Source: Haliotis rubra (Eukaryota). From it: a stretch of DNA of 64,000 nucleotides. The stretch is taken from contig NW_025766248.1 in assembly GCF_003918875.1 (NCBI RefSeq), forward strand, positions 1 to 64,000, in the 5' to 3' direction. Of the stretch, positions 11,061-24,928 are shown one piece after another. The stretch's first letter is position 1; every line of letters begins with the position of its first letter. The position numbers were made by a program, and so were the translations under genes. Below the pieces are notes generated by a model that ran no database searches, had not been told where the DNA came from, and worked only from the letters and a program-made list of their open reading frames with translations.

Positions 11061-14000
11061 ATGAACGAGATCCATCTACCCGATTTTCATCATCTCCAGA
11101 ACGACGGGGAACTGTAAGTAACTTTCTTTGGTTCCATTCTGCACGCAGTGTGACGGAATCTCAAATTAAATGTAACGGACGTTCTCGTTGCTATGTCCGA
11201 GTTGGACGCCATTTTGTACATAACTTCAACAAGGTCTACCCAGATACATAAAAGAATTCCAGCAATCAATCTGCCTTAAATGCCTCATCCCGTTCCCCTT
11301 TTCTAACTGTGTAAAGTCTATTTAGAATTGTCGACAATATTGGCGATGATATTCTTACATTTTCGCCCTAAAACAATATGCCAATTTCGTGCCCAATCGC
11401 GTAACAATAGCCCCTACTTTATCACAGGTCAGATGGAGTTCATGTTGTCTGTTTACAGCTTGAACCCTTCTCGTTTCTGGGTGGACATAATGAAGTCCCG
11501 GGTAGGCATCAGCAATTCATACGCCGAAAAGCTGCTCGACTGGTGTCAGGATTGTAGGACTAAGCTTGGCACTGTCAGTCAAGATGGTAAGCATGCGATT
11601 ACTTATTCAGCTACTATTCAAAATAACGTTTTGACTGATGTTCCTGTTATGTTGCTTCGGGCACTCCTTTAGGTTTGTTTTGCTTAATTAGCAGCCCCAC
11701 AAGTTCTCTTTATTCCGTTTTCAGCTTGTTCCGAGAGTTATGAGATTTGCCATCTTCTAGACTGCTACTTGATATCCTCCGAACAGGAGGCTAATCATAT
11801 TCTCGCTGTGTCACGTGATATGACGACCCAGGGTGGACCCATCCATTCTCTAAAAGGTAAGAGTAATGAACATTTGTTAGTGTCATTCGTGTGTGACTAT
11901 ATATCCACGTGTTGTTTTGACTGTGTGATTAAAAACATGGACAGAGTGGCATTCATATTAGTGGTTGATGTTTTCAGATTGGCCTCGACTAACAGGGGAG
12001 GCGTGTTGTCTGAGCACAAGGCCTTGAGCCGGGAACTTCTGTCCCTGACTGAGAGACACATGGTGTGCCTCAAACATCTTCAGGAGGTGAAGGAGGTGAG
12101 TTATTCTGGCGACTGCCCTTAGGATGAAACACTTGAATGTAGTTTGTTTTCTATTCTGAATACTACTGTACACACGCGTGTTTATTTCAAGTACAATATG
12201 ACAAGGTGAATGTCTTCTCCATTTTTGCAGAGCGGAATAATGGCCATGGCTGCCTCTCGTAATTATGAAAGGAGAATAAGCGAGCTGAAGGCTGAGCTAG
12301 TGAAAGTGGGGGAAAGGTCCAAGACGTCTCAGCAAAGTATGCTGGAGAAGAAAGTCCGGACTCTGGAGTCCAAGCTGGTTAAACACAATCAGAAGGAGCA
12401 GACCCACAAAGCCCGTTATGAGTGCCTGTTGAAAGAGGAAAGCGAGCTTGTGAACAGGCTGAGAAAGGTGAGCATTAAAAACAGGGGTGCTCACATCTGA
12501 GTTTCCAGCCATTCCTACTCATTCTTTGAAGGACTCCTTTCTTACAGAACTGTTTATCTTAATCCCTTTGTAACCCCCTTTCTCTGTGTGAGTAAACGCT
12601 CCACTTACTGAAACCTATACATGCACATGCACATGCACATGCCATGTAAAGCACCAACGTTCATTCACGTCTGTCTCTCAATCTTGTTTACGTCTGTTTT
12701 GTGCTTGTGTTTTTTCTGTCCTTCTCTTTGTTACTTTTAGTTTGTTTGTTTTCCTTTCTCTATCTATTCCCTGTTCTGTTTGTCCCCCTCCCTCCCTCCA
12801 CCCACCCAGACCTCTGACCATGCATGTCAAGAAGCATGTGACCTGCAGAAGAGTCAGTTGGAGTCCTTGATCTCCAGTCTCAGAGACTTTGTTGTCAAGA
12901 CATGCTCGCCTGACAACGGTGACAGGTACAGCAATAGGGCTGGCTTATCTGTGTTACAGTGTATTGATCCAAAGTTTTGATGCTCTTTCCTTTTCTCCCT
13001 CTCTCTGTGTTTCTCTCCAAGTGTTGAATAGTAATCAGGATCGGGTAGAAGAAAGCTATGATCATTGCATCAGTGTGTACCGGCTCCCTCACTTTTAATT
13101 GCATTTAGAGTTAATCTTCTAAATGACTGAGTCAGACTGACTTGTCTTTGCGTTGCTTTGATAGTTAACCTATGCTTTGTTTATATTAATGAAGGTATTG
13201 TGTGTTGCTTCAGGAGCAGCTTCCTGAAGGCGGCCATTGATGACATAGCTGTCGATGACATCATCAATGCCACCTGTGATGTCACCTCACAGAAGTACAT
13301 CTTCCCAGATGTTCAGGCCTGGCATGGGAAGTTTGGCTTCTTGGAGAAAATTCCAACCCCGTTCGTCCGAGCATCGGATGTGGCCATTAGACGAGATCCA
13401 AAGAAAGGCCTGACTGAGGAGAACCTCCTGGCACAAGAAATCATGTCAGCCATTGGCCAGCCCGTTCACAGTCGCAGACGCTGGATCTCTAAGTCTAGTA
13501 CCAAGAATGGTGACAACGGTGACTTCAACAACAACGAATCTGTTACTGTCATCTCAAAAGGTAAATGGAGTCTTGTATTATACATGTATAAAACTCTGTC
13601 TGTGAGGACACTTCATATTGCTTTAAACTTTAAAATTTACGAAAGAGATTATATGGTAAGATGCAGATGTTCAATGAATTTTTGTGTCTCTCCTCAGCTG
13701 CAGTGGAGGAGGACGTGAAGTATCTGGAAGACGTGTATGTGCGCGTTATCCGCCCCTTCAAGCCCACCCACCCTGAGCACCTCCAGCTGAATCTGGGTGA
13801 GTGTTCCCAAGGAGCAGTGTCTGTAACACTCATGCATGGGATGTAGGAGCGGCCATTGTTGCGTCCATAGATGACCATGTAAGCATGCTACATGTACGAG
13901 GTTAGTCTGAGTGGTCCTTCTGTTGGGAGTGGAAGTGAAGCAAGTGATTACTAAAACTGTGCATGCTGCGTGTCTCTTTGTATATTTGTATGGTTCTCTT

Positions 14001-14161
14001 GGATTATGGTGTTACTTCTGTTTCTTGCAGGCATGCGTATCAAGCAAAAATTCCCCATGGACGTACGGGGCATGTCCTTTGGGTGGTGTCGGCGTGGGCT
14101 TGGGGGTCGGAAGAAGCGGCATGGATTTTACCCTGCAGATCACGTGATCTTGGAGAACTAG
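11061..14161 (+). pseudogene. PACSIN-like gene copy 2 (frameshifted as assembled)
   Basis: Same exons as copy 1, but the end of exon 3 reads CTAAAAG|GT with one A missing (~11852-11855), causing an early stop in exon 4. This is a homopolymer indel and could be an error. Confidence 0.7.
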
Positions 14162-16443
14162 ACTTTCATTTCATTTCAGTTGTATATGTTGTAAAAACTT
14201 TATTTTCTACTGTGAATACACATTGATGAAGGTGTACACATTTTGTCTGTTTTCATTACTCTGTGCCTTCCTTGGATCTGACAAAGTGGGGTCTGAAGTC
14301 GGGTGAAGCAGGTGGGGCTGTTTCTCAGGGAGACTGATATTGAGAGTAGCACAGAAAAGCGGCCGTAAAATGCGCGTGGCCGTAGTGGGGTCTGAAGTGG
14401 GGTCAAGCAGGTCGGGCGGGTTCATGTACCTTTGAAGTAGTCCCATTCGACTGTGAAAGTGGGGACTCGGGCTGTGGCGGGTAGATGAGATTCCACGTGC
14501 GTCACCCCCGAATGTAGGGAGGGTCAGACACAGCAGTTCAGTGGACCAATAATGGGACATGGCTTCCTCGATCAAGGGACTATTTCAGTTGTGGACACTA
14601 CCAGGCCCGTCGAATCCCTACGCGCGTCGCTGTTCATGATCTTTCATTGGAAAAAGTACAGATGGGTACTGGCAAATAAGGCTGTATGAATCGAATATAC
14701 AAACAGAACATGCAAGTCACTCAAATTTTCTACCAATCCATTGCACATACCAGGGAGTGTAATTTTACTCTATCGTACTTACACAGGGCTGGCCTCTAAT
14801 CGCAAGGGAAATCGGAAAATCAAAAGGTGAGCCTCTAGATACAGGCGTAAGAACAAATATACATGGTTTGATGATATACACAGTTTGCTAAAACCACGAA
14901 GTTAAACTTGGGCCGCTTCACTCCCACGCACAACACCCAAGCTATCTATGTACACCATACATTTTTCCTGAGGAAACACTAAAGGAGGGTAGTATAGGTA
15001 TCGAGCTCCCTAATTATAAGCCGGACTAAGTGGGAACTGAATATTGCTATAGAATTATAAAATCATCCCAAATAATCCCCGAACATTCAGGGCTGCTCAA
15101 CAATCGGAAACAACACAGACTTCTGACTTTGAGTCTGCTGGCAGAATGGATGTTTAGTTTTCATCTTCATTTTCCCTCACACTAGAAGATGTAGCCTTTT
15201 CAGTGGCACATGGCGGGATGGCACTGACAAATTCTCGCCACATGCATTAAGGGTCACATACTACCACGTATAAAATGTCATAGCTAAATTGACAACCATT
15301 AAGAATTGCGACTTTCCTTATCTTTCGTCTCATTGCTCGCAGAAACGATATTGTTTTATGTTACTAATTTTGTCGTATACTTGAGGATATAATCTCTATA
15401 ATGATATATGGCACCACATCATCCATGTAATAGTGTAGGCGTGATAAATACCTGAAAGTATGAGGTCCATTTACTAAAGTCGGTAAACCTAAAGAATTGC
15501 GACTTTTGGTATCTATGGTCTCATTGCTCTCAGAAACGATATTTTTCTGTGATTGTAATTTTGTCATATACTTGAGGATATGTGCTTTTAATGATATATG
15601 GAACGATATCATCGACAAAATGGTACATGAGCAATCAATTTCTGAACTTGTTATTCCCGGATACTTGCACGCTTAAAGTTGGACTGAAAGTCGGCAAAAC
15701 TTGCGAATTGCGACTTTTAGTATCTCTCGTCTCCCTCCTCGCAGACAAGATATTTATCTATGATTGGGATTTTGTCGTATACTTGAGGATATAATCCCTT
15801 CAATGATATGCGGCACGATATCATCCATAAAATAGTGTAGGCGTAATAAATATCTGAATTTATGAGGTCCATATACTCAAGTCTGTAAGACTAAAGTATT
15901 GCGACTTTCGGTATCGTTTGCCTTCCTCCTGGCAGACCAGATATCAATCTATAATTGTAATCTTGTCATATACTTGAGGATATCATCTTTCTAATGATAT
16001 ATGACACGATATCATCGACAAAAGGTACAGGAATAACCAGTTCCTGGACTTATGAGCTCCATATACTTGCACACATCAATTTGGACTAAAATCGGCAACC
16101 GTCAAAGACCAACACACTCAGCATCTCATGCGGGCCACGCTTCTCGGTGACGGGATATCTGTCTATGTTCCTGTATTCCCCGCATATTTCCAGACTGCCA
16201 TGTTAATGCATGTCGTACCCAGCCTGCAATAAGCTGGGCCCCGTCTTGCATGTCGCTAGTTGGTGCGCGCAAAGGGAGCCAGGAACCAGCTTAAGCCTGC
16301 AATGACGGACTTTACCGAGACGTGACGGAATCGTTTCTGTGACGTCACAATCGCAAGGCCGCCATTGCCTGAGTAGCAACCAGTTTCGCATCAGTTGACC
16401 GCATAAGCTCTGCCCAAATTGTCTTTTCTCTGCGTTTCCAAGT

Positions 16444-19400
16444 ATGAACGAGATCCATCTACCCGATTTTCATCATCTCCAGAACGACGGGGAACTGTAA
16501 GTAACTTTCTTTGGTTCCATTCTGCACGCAGTGTGACGGAATCTCCAAATTAAATGTAACGGACGTTCTCGTTGCTATGTCCGAGTTGGACGCCATTTTG
16601 TACATAACTTCAACAAGGTCTACCCAGATACATAAAAGAATTCCAGCAATCAATCTGCCTTAAATGCCTCATCCCGTTCCCCTTTTCTAACTGTGTAAAG
16701 TCTATTTAGAATTGTCGACAATATTGGCGATGATATTCTTACATTTTCGCCCTAAAACAATATGCCAATTTCGTGCCCAATCGCGTAACAATAGCCCCTA
16801 CTTTATCACAGGTCAGATGGAGTTCATGTTGTCTGTTTACAGCTTGAACCCTTCTCGTTTCTGGGTGGACATAATGAAGTCCCGGGTAGGCATCAGCAAT
16901 TCATACGCCGAAAAGCTGCTCGACTGGTGTCAGGATTGTAGGACTAAGCTTGGCACTGTCAGTCAAGATGGTAAGCATGCGATTACTTATTCAGCTACTA
17001 TTCAAAATAACGTTTTGACTGATGTTCCTGTTATGTTGCTTCGGGCACTCCTTTAGGTTTGTTTTGCTTAATTAGCAGCCCCACAAGTTCTCTTTATTCC
17101 GTTTTCAGCTTGTTCCGAGAGTTATGAGATTTGCCATCTTCTAGACTGCTACTTGATATCCTCCGAACAGGAGGCTAATCATATTCTCGCTGTGTCACGT
17201 GATATGACGACCCAGGGTGGACCCATCCATTCTCTAAAAGGTAAGAGTAATGAACATTTGTTAGTGTCATTCGTGTGTGACTATATATCCACGTGTTGTT
17301 TTGACTGTGTGATTAAAAACATGGACAGAGTGGCATTCATATTAGTGGTTGATGTTTTCAGATTGGCCTCGACTAACAGGGGAGGCGTGTTGTCTGAGCA
17401 CAAGGCCTTGAGCCGGGAACTTCTGTCCCTGACTGAGAGACACATGGTGTGCCTCAAACATCTTCAGGAGGTGAAGGAGGTGAGTTATTCTGGCGACTGC
17501 CCTTAGGATGAAACACTTGAATGTAGTTTGTTTTCTATTCTGAATACTACTGTACACACGCGTGTTTATTTCAAGTACAATATGACAAGGTGAATGTCTT
17601 CTCCATTTTTGCAGAGCGGAATAATGGCCATGGCTGCCTCTCGTAATTATGAAAGGAGAATAAGCGAGCTGAAGGCTGAGCTAGTGAAAGTGGGGGAAAG
17701 GTCCAAGACGTCTCAGCAAAGTATGCTGGAGAAGAAAGTCCGGACTCTGGAGTCCAAGCTGGTTAAACACAATCAGAAGGAGCAGACCCACAAAGCCCGT
17801 TATGAGTGCCTGTTGAAAGAGGAAAGCGAGCTTGTGAACAGGCTGAGAAAGGTGAGCATTAAAAACAGGGGTGCTCACATCTGAGTTTCCAGCCATTCCT
17901 ACTCATTCTTTGAAGGACTCCTTTCTTACAGAACTGTTTATCTTAATCCCTTTGTAACCCCCTTTCTCTGTGTGAGTAAACGCTCCACTTACTGAAACCT
18001 ATACATGCACATGCATGCATGCCATGTAAAGCACCAACGTTCATTCACGTCTGTCTCTCAATCTTGTTTACGTCTGTTTTGTGCTTGTGTTTTTTCTGTC
18101 CTTCTCTTTGTTACTTTTTAGTTTGTTTGCTTTCCTTTCTCTATCTATTCCCTGTTCTGTTTGTCCCCCTCCCTCCCTCCACCCACCCAGACCTCTGACC
18201 ATGCATGTCAAGAAGCATGTGACCTGCAGAAGAGTCAGTTGGAGTCCTTGATCTCCAGTCTCAGAGACTTTGTTGTCAAGACATGCTCGCCTGACAACGG
18301 TGACAGGTACAGCAATAGGGCTGGCTTATCTGTGTTACAGTGTATTGATCCAAAGTTTTGATGCTCTTTCCTTTTCTCCCCTCTCTGTGTTTCTCTCCAA
18401 GTGTTGAATAGTAATCAGGATCGGGTAGAAGAAAGCTATGATCATTGCATCAGTGTGTACCGGCTCCCTCACTTTTAATTGCATTTAGAGTTAATCTTCT
18501 AAATGACTGAGTCAGACTGACTTGTCTTTGCGTTGCTTTGATAGTTAACCTATGCTTTGTTTATATTAATGAAGGTATTGTGTGTTGCTTCAGGAGCAGC
18601 TTCCTGAAGGCGGCCATTGATGACATAGCTGTCGATGACATCATCAATGCCACCTGTGATGTCACCTCACAGAAGTACATCTTCCCAGATGTTCAGGCCT
18701 GGCATGGGAAGTTTGGCTTCTTGGAGAAAATTCCAACCCCGTTCGTCCGAGCATCGGATGTGGCCATTAGACGAGATCCAAAGAAAGGCCTGACTGAGGA
18801 GAACCTCCTGGCACAAGAAATCATGTCAGCCATTGGCCAGCCCGTTCACAGTCGCAGACGCTGGATCTCTAAGTCTAGTACCAAGAATGGTGACAACGGT
18901 GACTTCAACAACAACGAATCTGTTACTGTCATCTCAAAAGGTAAATGGAGTCTTGTATTATACATGTATAAAACTCTGTCTGTGAGGACACTTCATATTG
19001 CTTTAAACTTTAAAATTTACGAAAGAGATTATATGGTAAGATGCAGATGTTCAATCAATTTTTGTGTCTCTCCTCAGCTGCAGTGGAGGAGGACGTGAAG
19101 TATCTGGAAGACGTGTATGTGCGCGTTATCCGCCCCTTCAAGCCCACCCACCCTGAGCACCTCCAGCTGAATCTGGGTGAGTGTTCCCAAGGAGCAGTGT
19201 CTGTAACACTCATGCATGGGATGTAGGAGCGGCCATTGTTGCGTCCATAGATGACCATGTAAGCATGCTACATGTACGAGGTTAGTCTGAGTGGTCCTTC
19301 TGTTGGGAGTGGAAGTGAAGCAAGTGATTACTAAAACTGTGCATGCTGCGTGTCTCTTTGTATATTTGTATGGTTCTCTTGGATTATGGTGTTACTTCTG

Positions 19401-19541
19401 TTTCTTGCAGGCATGCGTATCAAGCAAAAATTCCCCATGGACGTACGGGGCATGTCCTTTGGGTGGTGTCGGCGTGGGCTTGGGGGTCGGAAGAAGCGGC
19501 ATGGATTTTACCCTGCAGATCACGTGATCTTGGAGAACTAG
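16444..19541 (+). pseudogene. PACSIN-like gene copy 3 (frameshifted as assembled)
   Basis: Same one-A deletion at the end of exon 3 (~17236-17239) as in copy 2. Confidence 0.7.
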
Positions 19542-21823
19542 ACTTTCATTTCATTTCAGTTGTATATGTTGTAAAAACTTTATTTTCTACTGTGAATACA
19601 CATTGATGAAGGTGTACACATTTTGTCTGTTTTCATTACTCTGTGCCTTCCTTGGATCTGACAAAGTGGGGTCTGAAGTCGGGTGAAGCAGGTGGGGCTG
19701 TTTCTCAGGGAGACTGATATTGAGAGTAGCACAGAAAAGCGGCCGTAAAATGCGCGTGGCCGTAGTGGGGTCTGAAGTGGGGTCAAGCAGGTCGGGCGGG
19801 TTCATGTACCTTTGAAGTAGTCCCATTCGACTGTGAAAGTGGGGACTCGGGCTGTGGCGGGTAGATGAGATTCCACGTGCGTCACCCCCGAATGTAGGGA
19901 GGGTCAGACACAGCAGTTCAGTGGACCAATAATGGGACATGGCTTCCTCGATCAAGGGACTATTTCAGTTGTGGACACTACCAGGCCCGTCGAATCCCTA
20001 CGCGCGTCGCTGTTCATGATCTTTCATTGGAAAAAGTACAGATGGGTACTGGCAAATAAGGCTGTATGAATCGAATATACAAACAGAACATGCAAGTCAC
20101 TCAAATTTTCTACCAATCCATTGCACATACCAGGGAGTGTAATTTACTCTATCGTACTTACACAGGGCTGGCCTCTAATCGCAAGGGAAATCGGAAAATC
20201 AAAAGGTGAGCCTCTAGATACAGGCGTAAGAACAAATATACATGGTTTGATGATATACACAGTTTGCTAAAACCACGAAGTTAAACTTGGGCCGCTTCAC
20301 TCCCACGCACAACACCCAAGCTATCTATGTACACCATACATTTTTCCTGAGGAAACACTAAAGGAGGGTAGTATAGGTATCGAGCTCCCTAATTATAAGC
20401 CGGACTAAGTGGGAACTGAATATTGCTATAGAATTATAAAATCATCCCAAATAATCCCCGAACATTCAGGGCTGCTCAACAATCGGAAACAACACAGACT
20501 TCTGACTTTGAGTCTGCTGGCAGAATGGATGTTTAGTTTTCATCTTCATTTTCCCTCACACTAGAAGATGTAGCCTTTTCAGTGGCACATGGCGGGATGG
20601 CACTGACAAATTCTCGCCACATGCATTAAGGGTCACATACTACCACGTATAAAATGTCATAGCTAAATTGACAACCATTAAGAATTGCGACTTTCCTTAT
20701 CTTTCGTCTCATTGCTCGCAGAAACGATATTGTTTTATGTTACTAATTTTGTCGTATACTTGAGGATATAATCTCTATAATGATATATGGCACCACATCA
20801 TCCATGTAATAGTGTAGGCGTGATAAATACCTGAAAGTATGAGGTCCATTTACTAAAGTCGGTAAACCTAAAGAATTGCGACTTTTGGTATCTATGGTCT
20901 CATTGCTCTCAGAAACGATATTTTTCTGTGATTGTAATTTTGTCATATACTTGAGGATATGTGCTTTTAATGATATATGGAACGATATCATCGACAAAAT
21001 GGTACATGAGCAATCAATTTCTGAACTTGTTATTCCCGGATACTTGCACGCTTAAAGTTGGACTGAAAGTCGGCAAAACTTGCGAATTGCGACTTTTAGT
21101 ATCTCTCGTCTCCCTCCTCGCAGACAAGATATTTATCTATGATTGGGATTTTGTCGTATACTTGAGGATATAATCCCTTCAATGATATGCGGCACGATAT
21201 CATCCATAAAATAGTGTAGGCGTAATAAATATCTGAATTTATGAGGTCCATATACTCAAGTCTGTAAGACTAAAGTATTGCGACTTTCGGTATCGTTTGC
21301 CTTCCTCCTGGCAGACCAGATATCAATCTATAATTGTAATCTTGTCATATACTTGAGGATATCATCTTTCTAATGATATATGACACGATATCATCGACAA
21401 AATGGTACAGGAATAACCAGTTCCTGGACTTATGAGCTCCATATACTTGCACACATCAATTTGGACTAAAATCGGCAACCGTCAAAGACCAACACACTCA
21501 GCATCTCATGCGGGCCACGCTTCTCGGTGACGGGATATCTGTCTATGTTCCTGTATTCCCCGAATATTTCCAGACTGCCATGTTAATGCATGTCGTGCCC
21601 AGCCTGCAATAAGCTGGGCCCCGTCTTGCATGTCGCTAGTTGGTGCGCGCAAAGGGAGCCAGGAACCAGCTTAAGCCTGCAATGACGGACTTTACCGAGA
21701 CGTGACGGAATCGTTTCTGTGACGTCACAATCGCAAGGCCGCCATTGCCTGAGTAGCAACCAGTTTCGCATCAGTTGACCGCATAAGCTCTGCCCAAATT
21801 GTCTTTTCTCTGCGTTTCCAAGT

Positions 21824-24800
21824 ATGAACGAGATCCATCTACCCGATTTTCATCATCTCCAGAACGACGGGGAACTGTAAGTAACTTTCTTTGGTTCCAT
21901 TCTGCACGCAGTGTGACGGAATCTCCAAATTAAATGTAACGGACGTTCTCGTTGCTATGTCCGAGTTGGACGCCATTTTGTACATAACTTCAACAAGGTC
22001 TACCCAGATACATAAAAGAATTCCAGCAATCAATCTGCCTTAAATGCCTCATCCCGTTCCCCTTTTCTAACTGTGTAAAGTCTATTTAGAATTGTCGACA
22101 ATATTGGCGATGATATTCTTACATTTTCGCCCTAAAACAATATGCCAATTTCGTGCCAAATCGCGTAACAATAGCCCCTACTTTATCACAGGTCAGATGG
22201 AGTTCATGTTGTCTGTTTACAGCTTGAACCCTTCTCGTTTCTGGGTGGACATAATGAAGTCCCGGGTAGGCATCAGCAATTCATACGCCGAAAAGCTGCT
22301 CGACTGGTGTCAGGATTGTAGGACTAAGCTTGGCACTGTCAGTCAAGATGGTAAGCATGCGATTACTTATTCAGCTACTATTCAAAATAACGTTTTGACT
22401 GATGTTCCTGTTATGTTGCTTCGGGCACTCCTTTAGGTTTGTTTTGCTTAATTAGCAGCCCCACAAGTTCTCTTTATTCCGTTTTCAGCTTGTTCCGAGA
22501 GTTATGAGATTTGCCATCTTCTAGACTGCTACTTGATATATCCTCCGAACAGGAGGCTAATCATATTCTCGCTGTGTCACGTGATATGACGACCCAGGGT
22601 GGACCCATCCATTCTCTAAAAAGGTAAGAGTAATGAACATTTGTTAGTGTCATTCGTGTGTGACTATATATCCACGTGTTGTTTTGACTGTGTGATTAAA
22701 AACATGGACAGAGTGGCATTCATATTAGTGGTTGATGTTTTCAGATTGGCCTCGACTAACAGGGGAGGCGTGTTGTCTGAGCACAAGGCCTTGAGCCGGG
22801 AACTTCTGTCCCTGACTGAGAGACACATGGTGTGCCTCAAACATCTTCAGGAGGTGAAGGAGGTGAGTTATTCTGGCGACTGCCCTTAGGATGAAACACT
22901 TGAATGTAGTTTGTTTTCTATTCTGAATACTACTGTACACACGCGTGTTTATTTCAAGTACAATATGACAAGGTGAATGTCTTCTCCATTTTTGCAGAGC
23001 GGAATAATGGCCATGGCTGCCTCTCGTAATTATGAAAGGAGAATAAGCGAGCTGAAGGCTGAGCTAGTGAAAGTGGGGGAAAGGTCCAAGACGTCTCAGC
23101 AAAGTATGCTGGAGAAGAAAGTCCGGACTCTGGAGTCCAAGCTGGTTAAACACAATCAGAAGGAGCAGACCCACAAAGCCCGTTATGAGTGCCTGTTGAA
23201 AGAGGAAAGCGAGCTTGTGAACAGGCTGAGAAAGGTGAGCATTAAAAACAGGGGTGCTCACATCTGAGTTTCCAGCCATTCCTACTCATTCTTTGAAGGA
23301 CTCCTTTCTTACAGAACTGTTTATCTTAATCCCTTTGTAACCCCCTTTCTCTGTGTGAGTAAACGCTCCACTTACTGAAACCTATACATGCACATGCACA
23401 TGCACATGCCATGTAAAGCACCAACGTTCATTCACGTCTGTCTCTCAATCTTGTTTACGTCTGTTTTGTGCTTGTGTTTTTTCTGTCCTTCTCTTTGTTA
23501 CTTTTTAGTTTGTTTGCTTTCCTTTCTCTATCTATTCCCTGTTCTGTTTGTCCCCCTCCCTCCCTCCACCCACCCAGACCTCTGACCATGCATGTCAAGA
23601 AGCATGTGACCTGCAGAAGAGTCAGTTGGAGTCCTTGATCTCCAGTCTCAGAGACTTTGTTGTCAAGACATGCTCGCCTGACAACGGTGACAGGTACAGC
23701 AATAGGGCTGGCTTATCTGTGTTACAGTGTATTGATCCAAAGTTTTGATGCTCTTTCCTTTTCTCCCTCTCTCTGTGTTTCTCTCCAAGTGTTGAATAGT
23801 AATCAGGATCGGGTAGAAGAAAGCTATGATCATTGCATCAGTGTGTACCGGCTCCCTCACTTTTAATTGCATTTAGAGTTAATCTTCTAAATGACTGAGT
23901 CAGACTGACTTGTCTTTGCGTTGCTTTGATAGTTAACCTATGCTTTGTTTATATTAATGAAGGTATTGTGTGTTGCTTCAGGAGCAGCTTCCTGAAGGCG
24001 GCCATTGATGACATAGCTGTCGATGACATCATCAATGCCACCTGTGATGTCACCTCACAGAAGTACATCTTCCCAGATGTTCAGGCCTGGCATGGGAAGT
24101 TTGGCTTCTTGGAGAAAATTCCAACCCCGTTCGTCCGAGCATCGGATGTGGCCATTAGACGAGATCCAAAGAAAGGCCTGACTGAGGAGAACCTCCTGGC
24201 ACAAGAAATCATGTCAGCCATTGGCCAGCCCGTTCACAGTCGCAGACGCTGGATCTCTAAGTCTAGTACCAAGAATGGTGACAACGGTGACTTCAACAAC
24301 AACGAATCTGTTACTGTCATCTCAAAAGGTAAATGGAGTCTTGTATTATACATGTATAAAACTCTGTCTGTGAGGACACTTCATATTGCTTTAAACTTTA
24401 AAATTTACGAAAGAGATTATATGGTAAGATGCAGATGTTCAATGAATTTTTGTGTCTCTCCTCAGCTGCAGTGGAGGAGGACGTGAAGTATCTGGAAGAC
24501 GTGTATGTGCGCGTTATCCGCCCCTTCAAGCCCACCCACCCTGAGCACCTCCAGCTGAATCTGGGTGAGTGTTCCCAAGGAGCAGTGTCTGTAACACTCA
24601 TGCATGGGATGTAGGAGCGGCCATTGTTGCGTCCATAGATGACCATGTAAGCATGCTACATGTACGAGGTTAGTCTGAGTGGTCCTTCTGTTGGGAGTGG
24701 AAGTGAAGCAAGTGATTACTAAAACTGTGCATGCTGCGTGTCTCTTTGTATATTTGTATGGTTCTCTTGGATTATGGTGTTACTTCTGTTTCTTGCAGGC

Positions 24801-24928
24801 ATGCGTATCAAGCAAAATTCCCCATGGACGTACGGGGCATGTCCTTTGGGTGGTGTCGGCGTGGGCTTGGGGGTCGGAAGAAGCGGCATGGATTTTACCC
24901 TGCAGATCACGTGATCTTGGAGAACTAG
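21824..24928 (+). pseudogene. PACSIN-like gene copy 4 (frameshifted as assembled)
   Basis: 2-bp TA insertion in exon 3 (ttgatatatcc, ~22536-22541) and one A missing in exon 9 (agcaaaattc, ~24811-24820). Confidence 0.7.
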